This document shows positions 42,037-43,307 of a DNA stretch of 43,307 nucleotides, in pieces. The position numbers were made by a program, and so were the translations under genes. Source of the DNA: Catajapyx aquilonaris (lineage: Eukaryota); NCBI GenBank assembly GCA_000934665.2, contig JYFJ02003380.1, positions 1 through 43,307 on the forward strand, given 5' to 3'. The notes under the pieces are model-generated. The model searched no databases. It was not told where the DNA came from and was given only the letters and a program-made list of their open reading frames with translations. Each line of letters starts with the position of its first letter. The stretch's first letter is position 1.

Positions 42037-42598
42037 CAGTTGAATCTGGATATAACAGACTTCAAAGGACTTGCCAAATGTACCTGAAAAGGAATGGTTT
42101 TGACATTTTCGGCAAGTGACAAATGGGAAAATAACCCCCGCTCCAGTATTCAGTGCTTTCCTCGCGTGGGAAAGGAAGTTGAGTAATCAAAAACAGCATA
42201 TTTTCCACTGAGGGGCCAAAAACGGGTTTGTTATAGCTGAGATGAGGTGAAATTAGTCTGTTACATCAGGAGTAAAATACACAAGGCTTTATGGGGAAAG
42301 GGGAAGGCCAAGACTTATTAAAGGGCCGTATGGTCTTTGGCTACCTCAAGGTCACCTAGTTGCTTCCCTTTGGCTACTATAGGTGTGTCTCCGCTGAAAG
42401 ATAGGTGTGTATCCATAAGGAAGGTTCGGTTATGGGATAGGTTGGCCCCTATACCTGCCCTATACGAAGGTCAAGCCACCTCAATTAGCGGGCCTTCTCG
42501 CGCATCAGGCCTTGTGGAAGTATGGCGGGACCAGCCTTTCGAGTCTGTTTTAACCGAAAGTCTGTTACAGCCAAGGCTGTTATATCTAGATTTAACTC
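42037..42598. mobile_element. Tigger/pogo-like MITE
   Basis: TA|CAGTTGAATCTGGATATAACAG ... CTGTTATATCTAGATTTAACTC|TA, an imperfect TIR with repeated subterminal TCTGTT motifs. Confidence 0.7.
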
Positions 42599-42605
42599 TA
42601 TGCAT

Positions 42606-42915
42606 CGACAAACTTCTAGGGGTAATAGAGGGGACCAATGGAACTGTGTCCGGAAACGCCATCTAGAGAGGGTCAATAGACGAGGAACGGGTGTGCTCAG
42701 TCTCGTCAGGCGGGAGGCCCTAAGCAAGCTACACCTAGCAACTACACGGTCCCCTGTCTAGTGTGTCCTGCCTGACCTGTCTGAGTGCACCCCTTCCTTG
42801 TTTATTGAACCCCTCTAGATGGCATTTCCAGACACAAGTTCCTATATGAAATATGTTGTCTTGGTCCCCTATATTACCCCTTCAGGTCTGTCCGTAATTA
42901 CAGCCTACCCCCTGT
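42606..42915. mobile_element. Degenerate long-TIR MITE
   Basis: 42619-42715 (GGGGTAATAGAGGGGACCAA...GCCATCTAGAG...GTCAGGCGGGA) is an imperfect reverse complement of ~42766-42880. Confidence 0.65.
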
Positions 42916-42937
42916 ATTTAGAAAATGGTCTGACTTA

Positions 42938-43126
42938 CGTTCAAAAAGAAACCGAACTTTTTCTATACAGACTCTATTGCTGAATTTGCAACATTGTAAG
43001 CACTGTCCCCTTCAAAGTAGTTCCCTCTACTGGCGATAGGCAGTTTGTAATTTTTTCTTCCATTGTTGGAATGCTTCCTGGAACGCACTTTCTGTGATGG
43101 TCCGCAGTGCTCATGTCGCATTGTGC
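42938..43126 (-). mobile_element. mariner 3' fragment with a decayed transposase C-terminus
   Basis: The minus strand reads AT*ALRTITESAFQEAFQQWKK, then after a frameshift IASRGNYFEGDSA, a typical mariner transposase end. TIR-like AAAGTTCGGTTTCTTTTTGAAC follows. Confidence 0.82.
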
Positions 43127-43134
43127 GGAAGTTG

Positions 43135-43307
43135 AAGGTCACACGAGCTTAGGTGAATGTAGGAGATTTGAATGGGTGTGTATTTTTGATAAAGTTGGTA
43201 GCACTTTTCCAAAAAAAAAAAATGAATTAGTAATTTCTAATGCTATTTCAAACTGTCCTGTATATCGTCCCAGTCTGGACATTTACGTCACGGTCTGCCA
43301 GTTGAAT
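43135..43307 (+). mobile_element. Second copy of the 28873-29326 hAT-like MITE, cut by the window end
   Basis: AAGGTCACACGAGCTTAGGTGAATGT...CAAACTGTCCTGTA...TTGAAT aligns with 29176-29319. Confidence 0.75.

Overview
This is eukaryotic, intron-containing DNA, not prokaryotic. It is probably from an arthropod (inferred from DRE promoter motifs, Talua-like SINEs and CpG-depleted gene bodies). Five conserved housekeeping genes lie in tandem on the + strand and can be spliced by eye with phase-consistent GT-AG introns: a UBALD1/2 homolog (7563-13181), iPLA2-beta/PLA2G6 (18325-24947), a C7orf50/WKF-domain protein (26661-27730), ATAD5/Elg1 (30850-40240) and mitochondrial thioredoxin TXN2 (40599 onward, last exon not found in the window). 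Possible last exons of an unidentified upstream gene lie at 52-99 and 4984-5190. Introns and intergenic DNA are dense with non-autonomous transposons: at least five tRNA-derived SINE families with clean target-site duplications (TSDs), hAT-, piggyBac-, Tc1/mariner- and Tigger-like MITEs, a foldback element and several near-perfect palindromes. The most notable points are a structured 3' tail shared by different SINE families with covarying stems, two three-level nested insertions, a Tigger fragment resembling mammalian MER2, and five genes whose human orthologs fall in one vertebrate paralogon. I found no novel protein-coding system. Family assignments come from remembered consensus sequences, not from database searches.
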